Below, piece by piece: positions 48,592-59,466 of a DNA stretch of 64,000 nt. The notes under the pieces are model-generated. The model saw only the letters and a program-made list of their open reading frames with translations, made no database searches and was not told the DNA's origin. Made by a program: the position numbers and the translations under genes. The stretch spans positions 6,128-70,127 of the forward strand of contig BQXR01000010.1 in NCBI GenBank assembly GCA_033238645.1. Direction: 5' to 3'. How positions within the stretch are numbered: the first letter of the stretch is position 1; each line of letters begins with the position of its first letter. This stretch comes from Thiomicrorhabdus sp. (GTDB taxonomy: Bacteria > Pseudomonadota > Gammaproteobacteria > Thiomicrospirales > Thiomicrospiraceae).

Positions 48592-49554
48592 TTATGAATA
48601 TAAAAAATTAAATAAATAGCCTACTAAGATAAACGCAACAGTTAATACGCCAACAAACACTGCCAATGCTGGCCAACGAATCACTTTACGAAGAATTAAC
48701 AATTCAGGTAATGATAAAGCAGCAATACTCATCATCAAAGCAAGGCTCGTTCCTAGTGGAACACCTTTACCCAGCATCGCTTCGATAAAAGGAATTACAC
48801 CTGTTGCATTTGAATAGAGAGGCACACCGACTACTACTGCCGCTGGTACACTCCACCAGCTAGACGAATCACTTAAATAGGTAGTGACCCAAGCTTCAGG
48901 CACGAACCCGTGAAAAGCAGCACCTAAAGCAATCCCAATGAAAATCCAATACCAGATGCGTTTTACAATGACTTTGACTTCATTCCAAGCAAAATCATGA
49001 CGCTTGGAAAAACTCCCTGTATGAGCTTGCTGTTCTTGTTGCTGACGCATTTTAATATCCCAGACGTAGGACTCTACCCAGCGCTCAGGTTTAAACCATT
49101 CCATAATGATAGAACCAAAATATGCTACTGTGATTCCAGCCAAAACATATAACAAGGCCACTTCCCATCCTAATAGAGTGGCCAAAAGTATTACTGCAAC
49201 CTCATTAATCATAGGGCTGGCGATAAGAAAGGCAAAAGTAATCCCCAAAGGAATTCGTGCTTCAACAAATCCGATAAACAGAGGCACAGAAGAACAAGAG
49301 CAAAAGGGTGTCACGCCGCCTAAAGTAATGGCTAAAGACCTAGCCTGCCATTTTGGGCGACCAGCCACGATTTGGCGAACTCTTTCAGTAGAAATAAACG
49401 CGCGTAACAGTCCCATGACATAAATAATGACGACCAGTAAGAAAAATATCTTTATGGTATCCATTATAAAAAACTGAATGGCCGTGCCTAAGTGGCTCTG
49501 AGAGCTTAACTCTAAAAGATCAAACGCAACCCAATTACCGATTTGCTCAAACAT
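48592..49554 (-). CDS. arsP: ArsP/DUF318-family permease
   Basis: TPFCSCSSVPLF, FLIASPMINE, GVPLYSNA and ALSLPE motifs. Confidence 0.85.
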   Translation of the reverse strand: MFEQIGNWVAFDLLELSSQSHLGTAIQFFIMDTIKIFFLLVVIIYVMGLLRAFISTERVRQIVAGRPKWQARSLAITLGGVTPFCSCSSVPLFIGFVEARIPLGITFAFLIASPMINEVAVILLATLLGWEVALLYVLAGITVAYFGSIIMEWFKPERWVESYVWDIKMRQQQEQQAHTGSFSKRHDFAWNEVKVIVKRIWYWIFIGIALGAAFHGFVPEAWVTTYLSDSSSWWSVPAAVVVGVPLYSNATGVIPFIEAMLGKGVPLGTSLALMMSIAALSLPELLILRKVIRWPALAVFVGVLTVAFILVGYLFNFLYS

Positions 49555-49588
49555 AGATACTCCATGGAAAAATAAGAATTGAAACCAT

Positions 49589-49612
49589 TATATCCGCATA
49601 AGCGGATTAATC
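49589..49612. promoter_or_regulatory. ArsR-type operator 2 (upstream of arsP)
   Basis: TATATCCGCATAAGCGGATTAATC with dyad ATCCGC-N4-GCGGAT, 35 bp upstream of the permease start. Confidence 0.7.
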
Positions 49613-50000
49613 AAAATATTTTTTAGAGTTGTATATAAGAAATGACTTGGATACCGTTCCAAGAATGGATGCTTACTGAAGTAATTGATGGGGAATTTAA
49701 AATCGTAAAAGGTGGTTCTAATAGTACAATAAAACACTGTGAATCTAAACGTTAATACTCAGAGAAGAGGTTTTAGCTTCCTTTGGTAGCTCGAAGTATA
49801 AGAAGAGTCTCCATTGAGTTGGAGAATATCGTTTACAAAACCCGAATTGGCCAGTTAGAGGCGAATAATTAACCTTTGTGTACGAAATGGTGTTGCCATT
49901 CCAGCTATCTTAAACAGCCTGAGCTGCTTATTTTATATTCGTTTTGTACAACCCTATGTATTAAGGCTGTGATTTATATGAGACCTTTTCATCTTTTTAA

Positions 50001-50675
50001 TTAGTCAATCTCTCTGCGACTGATCAACTGACTAATTGCTGTCTGCCATGATTTGGATAAGGCGGGATGATTAACCACTGCTTGCAGTGATGACCAATAC
50101 TGATCTGTTTGGTGAAACTGCTTCGCTAAAAAGAGTGCTTCTATGCTAATTTTGTAAGGTGTTTTAGCCTGATCATCATCTCGAGTTAACCAAGTAACAG
50201 GTAAGTCCGCTTTAAGCTCGCCTTCCGCCAAGACTCGACAGTAAAATCCAACCCGTCCACTCTCTGAATAGGTCTTTAAAAAATCTGTTGCTGACCAGTC
50301 ACCCAGACTCTCTGCCTGTGCGCCTAATTTCCAACAAGGTGAACGAGGTTGAGTCACTTCCAACAGAACATTACCAATTTGGAAACGATCCCCCAAACAA
50401 ACTTGACTTTCATCCAAGCCAGAAATTGTCAGGTTTTCACCTAAAAAGCCAAATGGTTGTCCAATTTTAAAAAGATCGTAGCTACTTTCAGGCATTACAA
50501 AAACAGCTTTATCTTCACCACCATGGTTTTTGCGATCCGCTTGCTCATCTCCTGCTAAACCTTGTTTTCCAACAGAGACCACTTCAGCAACAGCCTGTTT
50601 ATGCAAACCGCTTAAAGTACCGTCTCGCCAAGGTTGAGCTTGGATTTTCCCAATATTTACTGATACCAACTTCAT
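50001..50675 (-). CDS. MOSC domain protein (YiiM-like)
   Basis: HGGEDKAV, GENLT, QPRSPCWK and GFYCRVL motifs. Confidence 0.9.
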   Translation of the reverse strand: MKLVSVNIGKIQAQPWRDGTLSGLHKQAVAEVVSVGKQGLAGDEQADRKNHGGEDKAVFVMPESSYDLFKIGQPFGFLGENLTISGLDESQVCLGDRFQIGNVLLEVTQPRSPCWKLGAQAESLGDWSATDFLKTYSESGRVGFYCRVLAEGELKADLPVTWLTRDDDQAKTPYKISIEALFLAKQFHQTDQYWSSLQAVVNHPALSKSWQTAISQLISRREID

Positions 50676-50710
50676 GACAAAACCTTTTAAATCAACTTTT
50701 TAGGAGGCTA

Positions 50711-50727
50711 CCCCCCCAGCTCAAAAT
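50711..50727 (+). repeat. Polar motif variant (intergenic)
   Basis: C7-AGCTCAAAAT. Confidence 0.7.
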
Positions 50728-50759
50728 CTACAACAACTATTTAATCGCTAAGAAAAACC

Positions 50760-51527
50760 CTAGATAACTACCTGTAAATGCTCATAAAAAATAAACAGCC
50801 CCATTAAGACCAAAAAGATGGCGAACCCCTGTTTTAGATGCGTTTGGTTTACTTCACTGCTTAATTTATGACCTAACCAACCACCTAAAATACCAATAAT
50901 AGAGAAGATAAAAATAATGTACCAATCAACGCTTAAATTCAGTGCATCCAATACCGTTAAATAGCCTAAAAAACCTGCAAAGGATTTAAAGGCAATAATG
51001 ACCAAACTGGTTCCAACGGCAAGTCTCATTGATAAACCACCCAGTAGAACAAGTGCTGGAATGATTAAAAAGCCACCCCCTACACCTACAATTCCTGTTA
51101 TAAAACCGACAACTAATCCATCAGCCATTATCTTGTGAATTGCACGTTCAGAACGCTCTTTATCTGCACCCACCAAATTAACAGGCTTAAACATTAAGTA
51201 AGAGGCAATCAATAGTAGTGCAGCAAAAATCAACATCTGAACGGAATCACTGATAAAGTGTGCCACCCTAGCACCCGCAATAGCCCCTGCCATTCCTGGA
51301 ATTCCAAACAAAAATACCGTTCGCCATTTAACTTGGTTTTGACGTGCATAAGGGATGGCAGCAAAAACACTGATCACACCCACAATCATCAAAGAGCCTG
51401 CAATAGCAACCTTTACCTCTTGACCCACCAGATAAGTCAGTACTGGCACGGTTAAAATAGAACCACCTGAGCCAAGCAGCCCCAAAGTAACCCCAATTAA
51501 CAGTGCGCCAATCCAAGCTAAGATCAT
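50760..51527 (-). CDS. TauE/SafE-family sulfite/sulfur-compound exporter
   Basis: [13 protein letters not shown] and [13 protein letters not shown] repeats. Confidence 0.88.
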   Translation of the reverse strand: MILAWIGALLIGVTLGLLGSGGSILTVPVLTYLVGQEVKVAIAGSLMIVGVISVFAAIPYARQNQVKWRTVFLFGIPGMAGAIAGARVAHFISDSVQMLIFAALLLIASYLMFKPVNLVGADKERSERAIHKIMADGLVVGFITGIVGVGGGFLIIPALVLLGGLSMRLAVGTSLVIIAFKSFAGFLGYLTVLDALNLSVDWYIIFIFSIIGILGGWLGHKLSSEVNQTHLKQGFAIFLVLMGLFIFYEHLQVVI

Positions 51528-52612
51528 ATAATTTTTCTTTTTAAGAAAACACCGCTCTCAATATGATGTGTATAGGGGAATTGATCAAACAGGGCTGATT
51601 CAATAATCTCATGAGTCTTCTCTATCGTAATCAAATCTCTAGCCAGTGTTTCTGGATTACATGAGATATAGATAATTCGATCAAACTCACTGACCATTCT
51701 GCGCGTTAAATCATCTAGGCCTGAACGAGGTGGATCAACAAAGATTGTACTGAAGTTATAGGTTTTTAGATCGACATCTTTCATTCGAAAAAACTCTTGA
51801 CCTTGTAGCGCTTGAGAGATCTCTTCAGCCGCCATTTTAACTACTGTTAAATTTTTAACCTCATTCGCTTTAATATTAAACTGTGCTGATTTAACCGATG
51901 TTTTTGATATCTCAGTTGCTAAAACTTGACCATAATATTCAGACAGCGCAATCGAGAAGTTACCATTTCCGCAATAAAGTTCAACCAAATCACCCGTTGC
52001 ATCCTGTGAAACCTTTCTTGCCCAGTGCAGCATCTTTTGCGCAACTACAGCATTGGGCTGAGTAAATGAGTTCTCAACCTGCTGAAAGGTGAAACACCGA
52101 TTATCTACGTTTAGCTTCTCAACTACATAATCCTGCTCTAATAAAATTTTCTGCTTACGGGCACGACCAATAATATGAGTGATTGGTAGCATCTCTTTCA
52201 GACGGTTTGCTGCTTCCAACCAGTCTTGATCCCCTTCTATCGCTCGACGATAGATCAAGGTCACCAGCATCTGTCCACTTAACGTGGATAGAAAATCTAT
52301 TTGGAACAGTCTCTGCCTTAGGACGGCATTAGCGACGATCTCGGCCATTAACTGAGGCATTAGCTCTTCAATCGCCTTACTTGCCATAGGACAGTGCTTA
52401 ATCTTTACCTTCTCTTTGGTCTCTTGATTAAACATAATGTAATCAGACTCATCACCCTCATGCCAAATACGAAACTCTGCTCTAGCACGATAGTTTGCCG
52501 GATTAGAAGCAAACACCGTTAGGTGGTGAAGAGAAGGAATCAAAGCTTGTAGACGTTGAGTTTTCTCATCTAACTGAGCTTGATATTGTTCGGGAAAAAC
52601 TTGGCAGAGCAT
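51524..52612 (-). CDS. trmA: tRNA (uridine-54-C5)-methyltransferase
   Basis: [26 protein letters not shown] and YISCNP motifs. Confidence 0.95.
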   Translation of the reverse strand: MLCQVFPEQYQAQLDEKTQRLQALIPSLHHLTVFASNPANYRARAEFRIWHEGDESDYIMFNQETKEKVKIKHCPMASKAIEELMPQLMAEIVANAVLRQRLFQIDFLSTLSGQMLVTLIYRRAIEGDQDWLEAANRLKEMLPITHIIGRARKQKILLEQDYVVEKLNVDNRCFTFQQVENSFTQPNAVVAQKMLHWARKVSQDATGDLVELYCGNGNFSIALSEYYGQVLATEISKTSVKSAQFNIKANEVKNLTVVKMAAEEISQALQGQEFFRMKDVDLKTYNFSTIFVDPPRSGLDDLTRRMVSEFDRIIYISCNPETLARDLITIEKTHEIIESALFDQFPYTHHIESGVFLKRKII

Positions 52613-52891
52613 TTAAACCATCCAGCATAAAATTGATATTAACAGTGAGTGCTTTTTATTGGCGCACTCTAAGCCGTGCATTATACCAACTCTACAACTT
52701 AATATCAGATTGCGAATCAACAGACCCTCATGCACTTTTAATACTTTAGCGTCTATATTTCAAAGACTTAATACCCATTAAATATTTTAGCTTCAAATCT
52801 TATAAATTCACCATCAGTTTTAAGTATACTGTCTACAGGAATACTAAGCTAACTGCCTTTTATACCAATTAAACGGGTTAAATTATCTACT

Positions 52892-54136
52892 ATGAATAAT
52901 GATGCTTTTCTAATTATCGAAGATCAAAAATCGATGTCGCTGTTACTGCAAAATGAACTGCAGAAACTCACTAAACTGCCTGTTCATATTTGCCACACGC
53001 TAGCAGATGCCAAAGCTTTATTAGAGAGTAACGTTACTATTGTTGCCTGCTTAAGTGATTTAACCCTGCCTGATGCCAGCCAAGGAGAAGCTGTAGAGCT
53101 TCTACAAAGCATGCATATTACAACGGTTGTTCTCACCGCTTCTTATAGCGAGAAAACACGACAGGCGATGTTTAAGCAAAAAGTCGCTGACTACGTTATC
53201 AAAGATGGACCATCCTCTATTCGCTATGCCGTTCAAACGGCTTATAAGCTCTATAAAAATAGAGATAGGCAAGTCTTTATTCTTAACGCAGGTTCAAAAG
53301 AGGTTCCTAAGTTACTGGGGCTACTGCGTATCCATCGCTACCCTGTATCACTCTTTGATAGCTTTCATGAGCTGGAGCAAGAGCTCGATAAGTCAACACC
53401 CGACCTGATTTTACTGGATAGTGCAGATCTTTTTGAGGGTCATGAAATCTATAGTTTCGTAAACACTGTTCGTCAAAGATACTCTGCCAATCAGCTGCCC
53501 TTAATGGCCTGTGAAACCAGCGCACATATTTCATCAGCCATTAAATTAATGAAATATGGTGTCAATGATTTTTTCAACACAGGCTTTACCGCTGAAGAAT
53601 TTTACGCACGAATCAACCAAAATATTGAACAGGCAGAAGCCTTTAGACAGATTGAACACATCTCTCAAACAGATGCACTCACGGGTATCTACAACCGTAG
53701 ATACTTCTTTGAACAAGGTAGCGCTCTTTTTAACCAATTGAAAGAGAGTCAAAAGTACTTTTTTGCCATTATGGCGGATATCGATCACTTTAAGTTGGTC
53801 AATGATAACCACGGGCATCAAAAGGGTGATGAGGCCATCATCTTCACTGCGCAGCTGATCCAAAAAACGTTTGCTGATTCAATTGTTGCCCGCTTTGGTG
53901 GTGAGGAGTTTTGTGTTTTTGGCGAAGTCGCTGATGCCGCTGAAGTTGAAGCGCTATGTGAAACATTGCGAGAGAATATTCAAGACCAATCAGAGTCTGA
54001 GACGGGTATTAAGTTCACCATCAGCTTGGGACTTACCTACTCTGGGAGTAACTTAGACGATGCCATCTCCAAATCTGACATTGCACTCTATCGTTCAAAA
54101 GAGTCTGGTAGAAATATGCTCTCTATTGGCTTCTAA
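52892..54136 (+). CDS. Response-regulator diguanylate cyclase (REC-REC-GGEEF)
   Basis: Two receiver-like domains, DIDHFK and RFGGEEF. Confidence 0.88.
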   Translation: MNNDAFLIIEDQKSMSLLLQNELQKLTKLPVHICHTLADAKALLESNVTIVACLSDLTLPDASQGEAVELLQSMHITTVVLTASYSEKTRQAMFKQKVADYVIKDGPSSIRYAVQTAYKLYKNRDRQVFILNAGSKEVPKLLGLLRIHRYPVSLFDSFHELEQELDKSTPDLILLDSADLFEGHEIYSFVNTVRQRYSANQLPLMACETSAHISSAIKLMKYGVNDFFNTGFTAEEFYARINQNIEQAEAFRQIEHISQTDALTGIYNRRYFFEQGSALFNQLKESQKYFFAIMADIDHFKLVNDNHGHQKGDEAIIFTAQLIQKTFADSIVARFGGEEFCVFGEVADAAEVEALCETLRENIQDQSESETGIKFTISLGLTYSGSNLDDAISKSDIALYRSKESGRNMLSIGF

Positions 54137-54185
54137 CAAAACACCCTTCATGTAAAAACCACATTTCTTTACACAGACCTTTAAT

Positions 54186-54210
54186 AGCCCGAATCTTATC
54201 GGGCTTTTTT
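54186..54210 (+). terminator. Intrinsic terminator after the diguanylate cyclase
   Basis: AGCCCGA-ATCTTA-TCGGGCT followed by a T tract. Confidence 0.75.
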
Positions 54211-54323
54211 ATATGCTCAATAAAAGAGTTCCAATTCAACACCACAACACACGTTTCTTTAACACCTATTAACAACAATCGGTTAAAATATTGGGTTAAC
54301 CATTTAAAAATGATGAATCTGCA

Positions 54324-57300
54324 ATGATACAAAGAGCACAACGCTTAGCCGCTTTAAAATCCCTACTAAAAGAAAGAGTTATGATTTTAGATGGCGCCAT
54401 GGGCACCATGGTGCAAAACCAAAATCTAACCGAAGAAGATTTTAGGGGTGAACGTTTTGCCGACTATCATATGGATATCAAAGGCAACAACGATATCCTT
54501 GTCATTACCAAACCAGACATCATTCGAGACATCCATGTAGAGTTTCTGCACAAGGGTGTAGATATTCTAGAGACCAACTCTTTCAATGCCACAACAATTG
54601 CACAAGCTGATTACGACATGGAAGACTATGTTGTAGAGATCAACTTAGAGTCTGCCAAAGTCGCACGCGAAGCTTGTAATATTGCAGAAGCCGAAGATGG
54701 ACGCCCTCGCTTTGTCGCAGGTGTTTTAGGGCCAACAAATCGTACAGCCTCTATCTCGCCTGATGTAAACGATCCAGGCTACCGTAACACCTCTTTTGAT
54801 GAACTAGTGATTACCTTCAAGCAGGCGACTCATGCCCTTCTAGAAGGGGGGGTAGACACTATTCTAATCGAGACTGTATTTGATACGCTAAATGCTAAAG
54901 CCGCAATTTTTGCTGTGAAAGAAGTTGAAGATGAAGTCGGTTATGAAGTCCCTATTATGCTATCAGGCACCATCACAGATGCTTCTGGCCGAACCTTATC
55001 TGGCCAAACTACTGAAGCTTTTTACAATGCCGTCGCACACGCCCAGCCACTTTCTATCGGTCTAAACTGTGCATTAGGCCCGCAAGAGCTTCGCCCTTAT
55101 GTTGAAGAGCTCAGTCGTGTTTGTCAGACTTATGTATCCATCCACCCTAATGCGGGTCTACCAAATGAGTTTGGTGAATACGATGAGACCCCGGAAGAGA
55201 TGGCCGATGAGATTAGCATCTGGGCTAAAAAGGGCTGGATCAATATAATTGGTGGTTGCTGTGGAACGACACCCGACCATGTTCAAGCCATGGCTGATGC
55301 AGCACAGAAACATCCTCGCCGTGAACTACCGAATATTAAGCCTGCTTGCCGTCTGTCAGGGTTAGAGCCGCTAAATATTGATGAGACCAGTCTTTTTGTC
55401 AATGTCGGTGAGCGTAATAATGTCACAGGTTCTGCTAAATTCAAACGCCTGATTATCGAAGACAACTACGAAGAAGCCATTGAGATCGCTGTTAAGCAGG
55501 TTCAAGAGGGTGCACAGATCATCGATGTGAATATGGATGAGGGCATGCTGGATGCAAAAGCCTGCATGACTAAATTCGTTAATCTACTGGCCTCTGAACC
55601 AGAAGCGTCACGAGTACCAATCATGATCGACTCCTCAAAATGGGAAGCGGTTGAGGCAGGTCTGAAATGTATTCAAGGTAAAGGAATTGTTAACTCTATC
55701 TCTCTAAAAGAGGGTGAAGAATCCTTTATACAATATGCAAAGCTTGTGAAGAAATATGGGGCTGCTGCCATTGTAATGGCCTTTGACGAAGACGGTCAAG
55801 CAGATACCTTTAAACGTAAAATTGAGATCTGTAAACGCTCGTACGATGTTCTTACACAAAAAGTCGGTTTCCTGCCACAGGATATTATTTTTGACCCTAA
55901 TATCTTTGCTGTTGCAACAGGGATTGAAGAGCATAATAACTACGGTTTAGATTTTATTAATGCCGTTACCTGGATCAAAGCCAACCTGCCGCACGCAAAA
56001 ATCTCTGGTGGTGTCTCTAACGTCTCTTTCTCATTCCGTGGAAATAACCCAGTTCGAGAAGCGATTCACTCAGTATTTTTATACCATGCGATTAAAGAAG
56101 GCATGGATATGGGGATTGTTAACGCAGGTCAAATGGCTATTTATGATGACCTTCCTGAAAAACTTCGTCTAGCTGTTGAAGACGTTATTAACAACACCGA
56201 TCCAGAAGCGGGTGAACGTCTTTTAGAGGTCGCAGCTGAGTTCCGTGGTGATGGTTCTGCAGCAACAAAAGAAGCAGATCTGTCTTGGCGAGAAATGTCT
56301 GTTGAGCAACGTATTGAACATGCTTTAGTGCGCGGTGTCACAGACTTTATTGAAGATGATACTGAAGAAGCACGTCAAAATTTAGGTGCACCGATCAATG
56401 TGATCGAAGGCCCTCTAATGGATGGTATGAATGTTGTGGGAGACCTATTTGGTGCGGGGAAAATGTTCCTGCCACAGGTCGTAAAATCAGCTCGCGTCAT
56501 GAAACGTGCAGTGGCTTACCTTGATCCTTTTTTAGCAGCAGAAAAAGATGCCAACCATACACGTGGTAAGATCATTATGGCCACGGTTAAAGGTGATGTA
56601 CACGACATAGGTAAAAATATTGTTGGTGTTGTATTGCAGTGTAATAACTTTGATGTCATTGATTTGGGCGTGATGGTGCCTGCTGAAAAAATCCTCGATA
56701 CCGCTGTTGCAGAAGAGGCAAACGTGATCGGCCTTTCAGGGCTAATCACCCCTTCTCTAGAAGAGATGGTCAATGTCGCTAAACTAATGAAAGAACGTGG
56801 TTTAAACTTACCGCTATTAATTGGTGGGGCAACGACCTCAAAAGCCCACACGGCAGTCAAAATAGAACCACAATATGATTGCCCTGTCGTTTACGTTAAA
56901 GATGCATCACGTGCTGTAGGTGTCACACAGAGTTTAATCTCTAATGACCTAAAAGCCGACTTTGCAGCCAAGATTCGTGCTGAATATGAGCAAGTGCGTG
57001 AAGAACGCAAAGCTCGTGCAAAACAAGTTAGACGTGTTCCTCTCAATAAAGCCCGCGAGAACATAGCCATAGACGACCAATCCTGGGCTAACTTCACTCC
57101 TGTTAAACCAAGCTTCTTAGGTAGTAAAGTCATTGAGGACTTCTCTTTAGAGACCTTAGTTGAACGTTTTGACTGGTCACCTTTCTTCCAGTCTTGGGAG
57201 CTACACGGACTTTATCCACGCATCTTAAATGACAAGGTTGTGGGAGAAGAGGCGAAAAAAGTCTTTGCTGATGCGCAAGTCATGCTGAAACAGATCATTG

Positions 57301-58049
57301 ATGAAAAGTGGTTAACGGCTAAAGCGGTTTACGGTTTCTACCCTGCTAACCGTGTCGGTGATGATATTGAGATCTATGCAGATGAGTCACGTACTGAAGT
57401 AATTTATCGCTTCCATCACTTACGCCAACAAGCTGAGAAAAAACGGGGTGGTGCTAATAACTGTTTATCAGACTTTATTGCCCCTAAAGAGATTGCTGGT
57501 GTGGCAAGCGGTATTAATGACTATATTGGTTTCTTTGCGGTCACAGCGGGCATTGGTATTGATGAACATATCGATCGTTTTGAAGCAGACCTAAATGATT
57601 ATGACTCGATTATGCTAAAAGCCTTGGCAGATCGTTTTGCAGAAGCTTTTGCTGAGACACTGCATGAGATAGTTCGTACCAGCGACTGGGGTTATGTTTC
57701 AAATGAAGATTTAAGCAATGAAGACCTAATTAAGGAACGTTATCAAGGTATTCGCCCAGCAGCGGGTTACCCTGCTTGCCCAGATCACACCGAAAAGGGC
57801 ACGCTTTGGGATCTATTGAAACCTGATGAAGCCATCGGTTTAGAGATTACCGAAAGTTTTGCAATGACACCCACTGCCGCAGTCTCAGGTACTTATTTTG
57901 CACACCCTGATGCACGCTACTTTGGGGTTGGCTCAATTGGTCGTGACCAAGCAGAAGATTATGCAGAACGTAAAGGCTGGACAATCGAAAAGGCCGAAAC
58001 ATGGTTAGCACCAAACTTAGGTTATGATCCAGAAGATTTTGCTAGTTAA
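54324..58049 (+). CDS. metH: B12-dependent methionine synthase
   Basis: [28 protein letters not shown] cobalamin motif and activation domain. Confidence 0.98.
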   Translation: MIQRAQRLAALKSLLKERVMILDGAMGTMVQNQNLTEEDFRGERFADYHMDIKGNNDILVITKPDIIRDIHVEFLHKGVDILETNSFNATTIAQADYDMEDYVVEINLESAKVAREACNIAEAEDGRPRFVAGVLGPTNRTASISPDVNDPGYRNTSFDELVITFKQATHALLEGGVDTILIETVFDTLNAKAAIFAVKEVEDEVGYEVPIMLSGTITDASGRTLSGQTTEAFYNAVAHAQPLSIGLNCALGPQELRPYVEELSRVCQTYVSIHPNAGLPNEFGEYDETPEEMADEISIWAKKGWINIIGGCCGTTPDHVQAMADAAQKHPRRELPNIKPACRLSGLEPLNIDETSLFVNVGERNNVTGSAKFKRLIIEDNYEEAIEIAVKQVQEGAQIIDVNMDEGMLDAKACMTKFVNLLASEPEASRVPIMIDSSKWEAVEAGLKCIQGKGIVNSISLKEGEESFIQYAKLVKKYGAAAIVMAFDEDGQADTFKRKIEICKRSYDVLTQKVGFLPQDIIFDPNIFAVATGIEEHNNYGLDFINAVTWIKANLPHAKISGGVSNVSFSFRGNNPVREAIHSVFLYHAIKEGMDMGIVNAGQMAIYDDLPEKLRLAVEDVINNTDPEAGERLLEVAAEFRGDGSAATKEADLSWREMSVEQRIEHALVRGVTDFIEDDTEEARQNLGAPINVIEGPLMDGMNVVGDLFGAGKMFLPQVVKSARVMKRAVAYLDPFLAAEKDANHTRGKIIMATVKGDVHDIGKNIVGVVLQCNNFDVIDLGVMVPAEKILDTAVAEEANVIGLSGLITPSLEEMVNVAKLMKERGLNLPLLIGGATTSKAHTAVKIEPQYDCPVVYVKDASRAVGVTQSLISNDLKADFAAKIRAEYEQVREERKARAKQVRRVPLNKARENIAIDDQSWANFTPVKPSFLGSKVIEDFSLETLVERFDWSPFFQSWELHGLYPRILNDKVVGEEAKKVFADAQVMLKQIIDEKWLTAKAVYGFYPANRVGDDIEIYADESRTEVIYRFHHLRQQAEKKRGGANNCLSDFIAPKEIAGVASGINDYIGFFAVTAGIGIDEHIDRFEADLNDYDSIMLKALADRFAEAFAETLHEIVRTSDWGYVSNEDLSNEDLIKERYQGIRPAAGYPACPDHTEKGTLWDLLKPDEAIGLEITESFAMTPTAAVSGTYFAHPDARYFGVGSIGRDQAEDYAERKGWTIEKAETWLAPNLGYDPEDFAS

Positions 58050-58064
58050 AGCTAAACTCTTTTA

Positions 58065-58082
58065 CCCCCCCCTGCTTGAAAT
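58065..58082 (+). repeat. Polar motif copy (intergenic, after metH)
   Basis: C8-TGCTTGAAAT. Confidence 0.75.
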
Positions 58083-58092
58083 AAATGGACAT

Positions 58093-58123
58093 TAATTAAG
58101 TGCTTATATATAGCGCTTAATTA
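58093..58123. promoter_or_regulatory. Inverted repeat upstream of the YeeE pair (possible operator)
   Basis: TAATTAAGTGCT-N7-AGCGCTTAATTA, with 12-bp arms and one mismatch. Confidence 0.35.
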
Positions 58124-58200
58124 TTAAATATTAACGTTATCGCTCCCAAACTACGTTAATTACAATAGACACTTAAATAAGTTTTTATAAAGGAAACTGT

Positions 58201-58692
58201 ATGGAAGTCACAGTTTGGTCTGGATGGCTGGCTGGCATAGCACTCGGCCTTTTTGTTGTGCTACATTTTTGGATTATGGGTAGACCTGCGGGCTGCTCAA
58301 CTGGGTACGGTAATATCTGCGGCATCATTAATAAAAAAGTGCCCTACTATCAAAAAGGGGATTTCAAGGATCACTATAACTTTAAACTTTGGTTCCTTGT
58401 TGGTATACCGCTTGGAGGGTTAATCAGCGGTTTAACCTCTGCAGAACCTTGGGAGTTTAGCTTTGATATGGGCGTGTATGAAAGTGTTTTACCAGAATCA
58501 GACATTGGTAAAGCCCTATGGTTACTCCTTGGTGGCGCCTTATTAGGTTTTGGATCACGACTCGCTGGCGCCTGTATGACAGGTCATGCACTGGTTGGAA
58601 GCTCTATGTTGAACCCTGCAAGCTTGCTTGCTGGCGCAATCTTCTTTGTAAGCGCATTAGTGACCACCCAACTCCTATTTAATTTCATATAG
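58201..58692 (+). CDS. YeeE/YedE-family thiosulfate/sulfur transporter subunit A
   Basis: GCSTGY and GFGSRLAGACMTGH motifs; four TM segments. Confidence 0.85.
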   Translation: MEVTVWSGWLAGIALGLFVVLHFWIMGRPAGCSTGYGNICGIINKKVPYYQKGDFKDHYNFKLWFLVGIPLGGLISGLTSAEPWEFSFDMGVYESVLPESDIGKALWLLLGGALLGFGSRLAGACMTGHALVGSSMLNPASLLAGAIFFVSALVTTQLLFNFI

Positions 58693-58703
58693 AGAAACGA
58701 TTG

Positions 58704-59156
58704 ATGTCACAGGCCTACAATTTCTATAAAAAAAATCAAATTAACATCTTTAGCCTACTGCTAGGGTCACTCTTTGGTTTCCTAATGAGCCGTGCTGGCG
58801 CAACAACGTTTGATTACCATGCTGCACTATTTCTATTTGAAGACCTTCAACTCTTAAAGGTATTTGGTACAGCAGTTACCGTGGGTGTCATTGGTGTTTT
58901 GTTACTAAAGAAGTATCAAGTCAGTGCCGTTGTCACTGGTCAGCCTATCAACTTCATCACAAAACCCTATAAACAGGGATTAGCTGCAGGCGCACTTATA
59001 TTTGGAATTGGCTGGGGGTTGACGGCGTCATGCCCTGGTTCTGTACCCATTATGATTGGTGAAGGTAAAGTTGGCGCATACTTTACCCTAATTGGTTTAG
59101 TACTAGGTACACTGGTTTACGGCATGATCCAGAGTAAATATAGCAAAAAACATTAA
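58704..59156 (+). CDS. YeeE/YedE-family transporter subunit B
   Basis: FGFLMSRAG and FGIGWGLTASCPG motifs. Confidence 0.85.
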   Translation: MSQAYNFYKKNQINIFSLLLGSLFGFLMSRAGATTFDYHAALFLFEDLQLLKVFGTAVTVGVIGVLLLKKYQVSAVVTGQPINFITKPYKQGLAAGALIFGIGWGLTASCPGSVPIMIGEGKVGAYFTLIGLVLGTLVYGMIQSKYSKKH

Positions 59157-59201
59157 ATAACCAATGGGTTAGCCAGCACACCATTGACTAAACTAGCAAT
59201 A

Positions 59202-59211
59202 CCCCCCTGCT
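59202..59211 (+). repeat. Polar motif copy (intergenic)
   Basis: C6-TGCT. Confidence 0.6.
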
Positions 59212-59466
59212 TTTATAGCCCTTGTGGGTACAAAACACGCTCATTGTTAGTCACTGTTTTTAGTATAAATTGGAGCTGGCAACATTTTAATTTAATGCAT
59301 ATTGAGCAACCATCAGCCACTCCATGAAACTAAATCCACCATTAAGCTATCAATTCCTCTCGATTTCATTATAATACCTTCTTTTTCAATTCCTTAGCGC
59401 TGAACCACTTCTCAAAAGAACTGGTAAGACTTGGATACGATTCGTAAATTTAGAGAGCATTAATCC

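Noticed and set aside
49620-50000. Short ORF MTWIPFQEW... and a possible island right boundary or ttcA 5' half
   Set aside because: No ttcA motifs, att-like repeat or recognisable domain was found; left as unassigned AT-rich DNA.
54137-54323. SAM or cobalamin riboswitch upstream of metH
   Set aside because: Only a simple terminator hairpin is visible and no aptamer consensus was recognised. An Rfam scan would be decisive.
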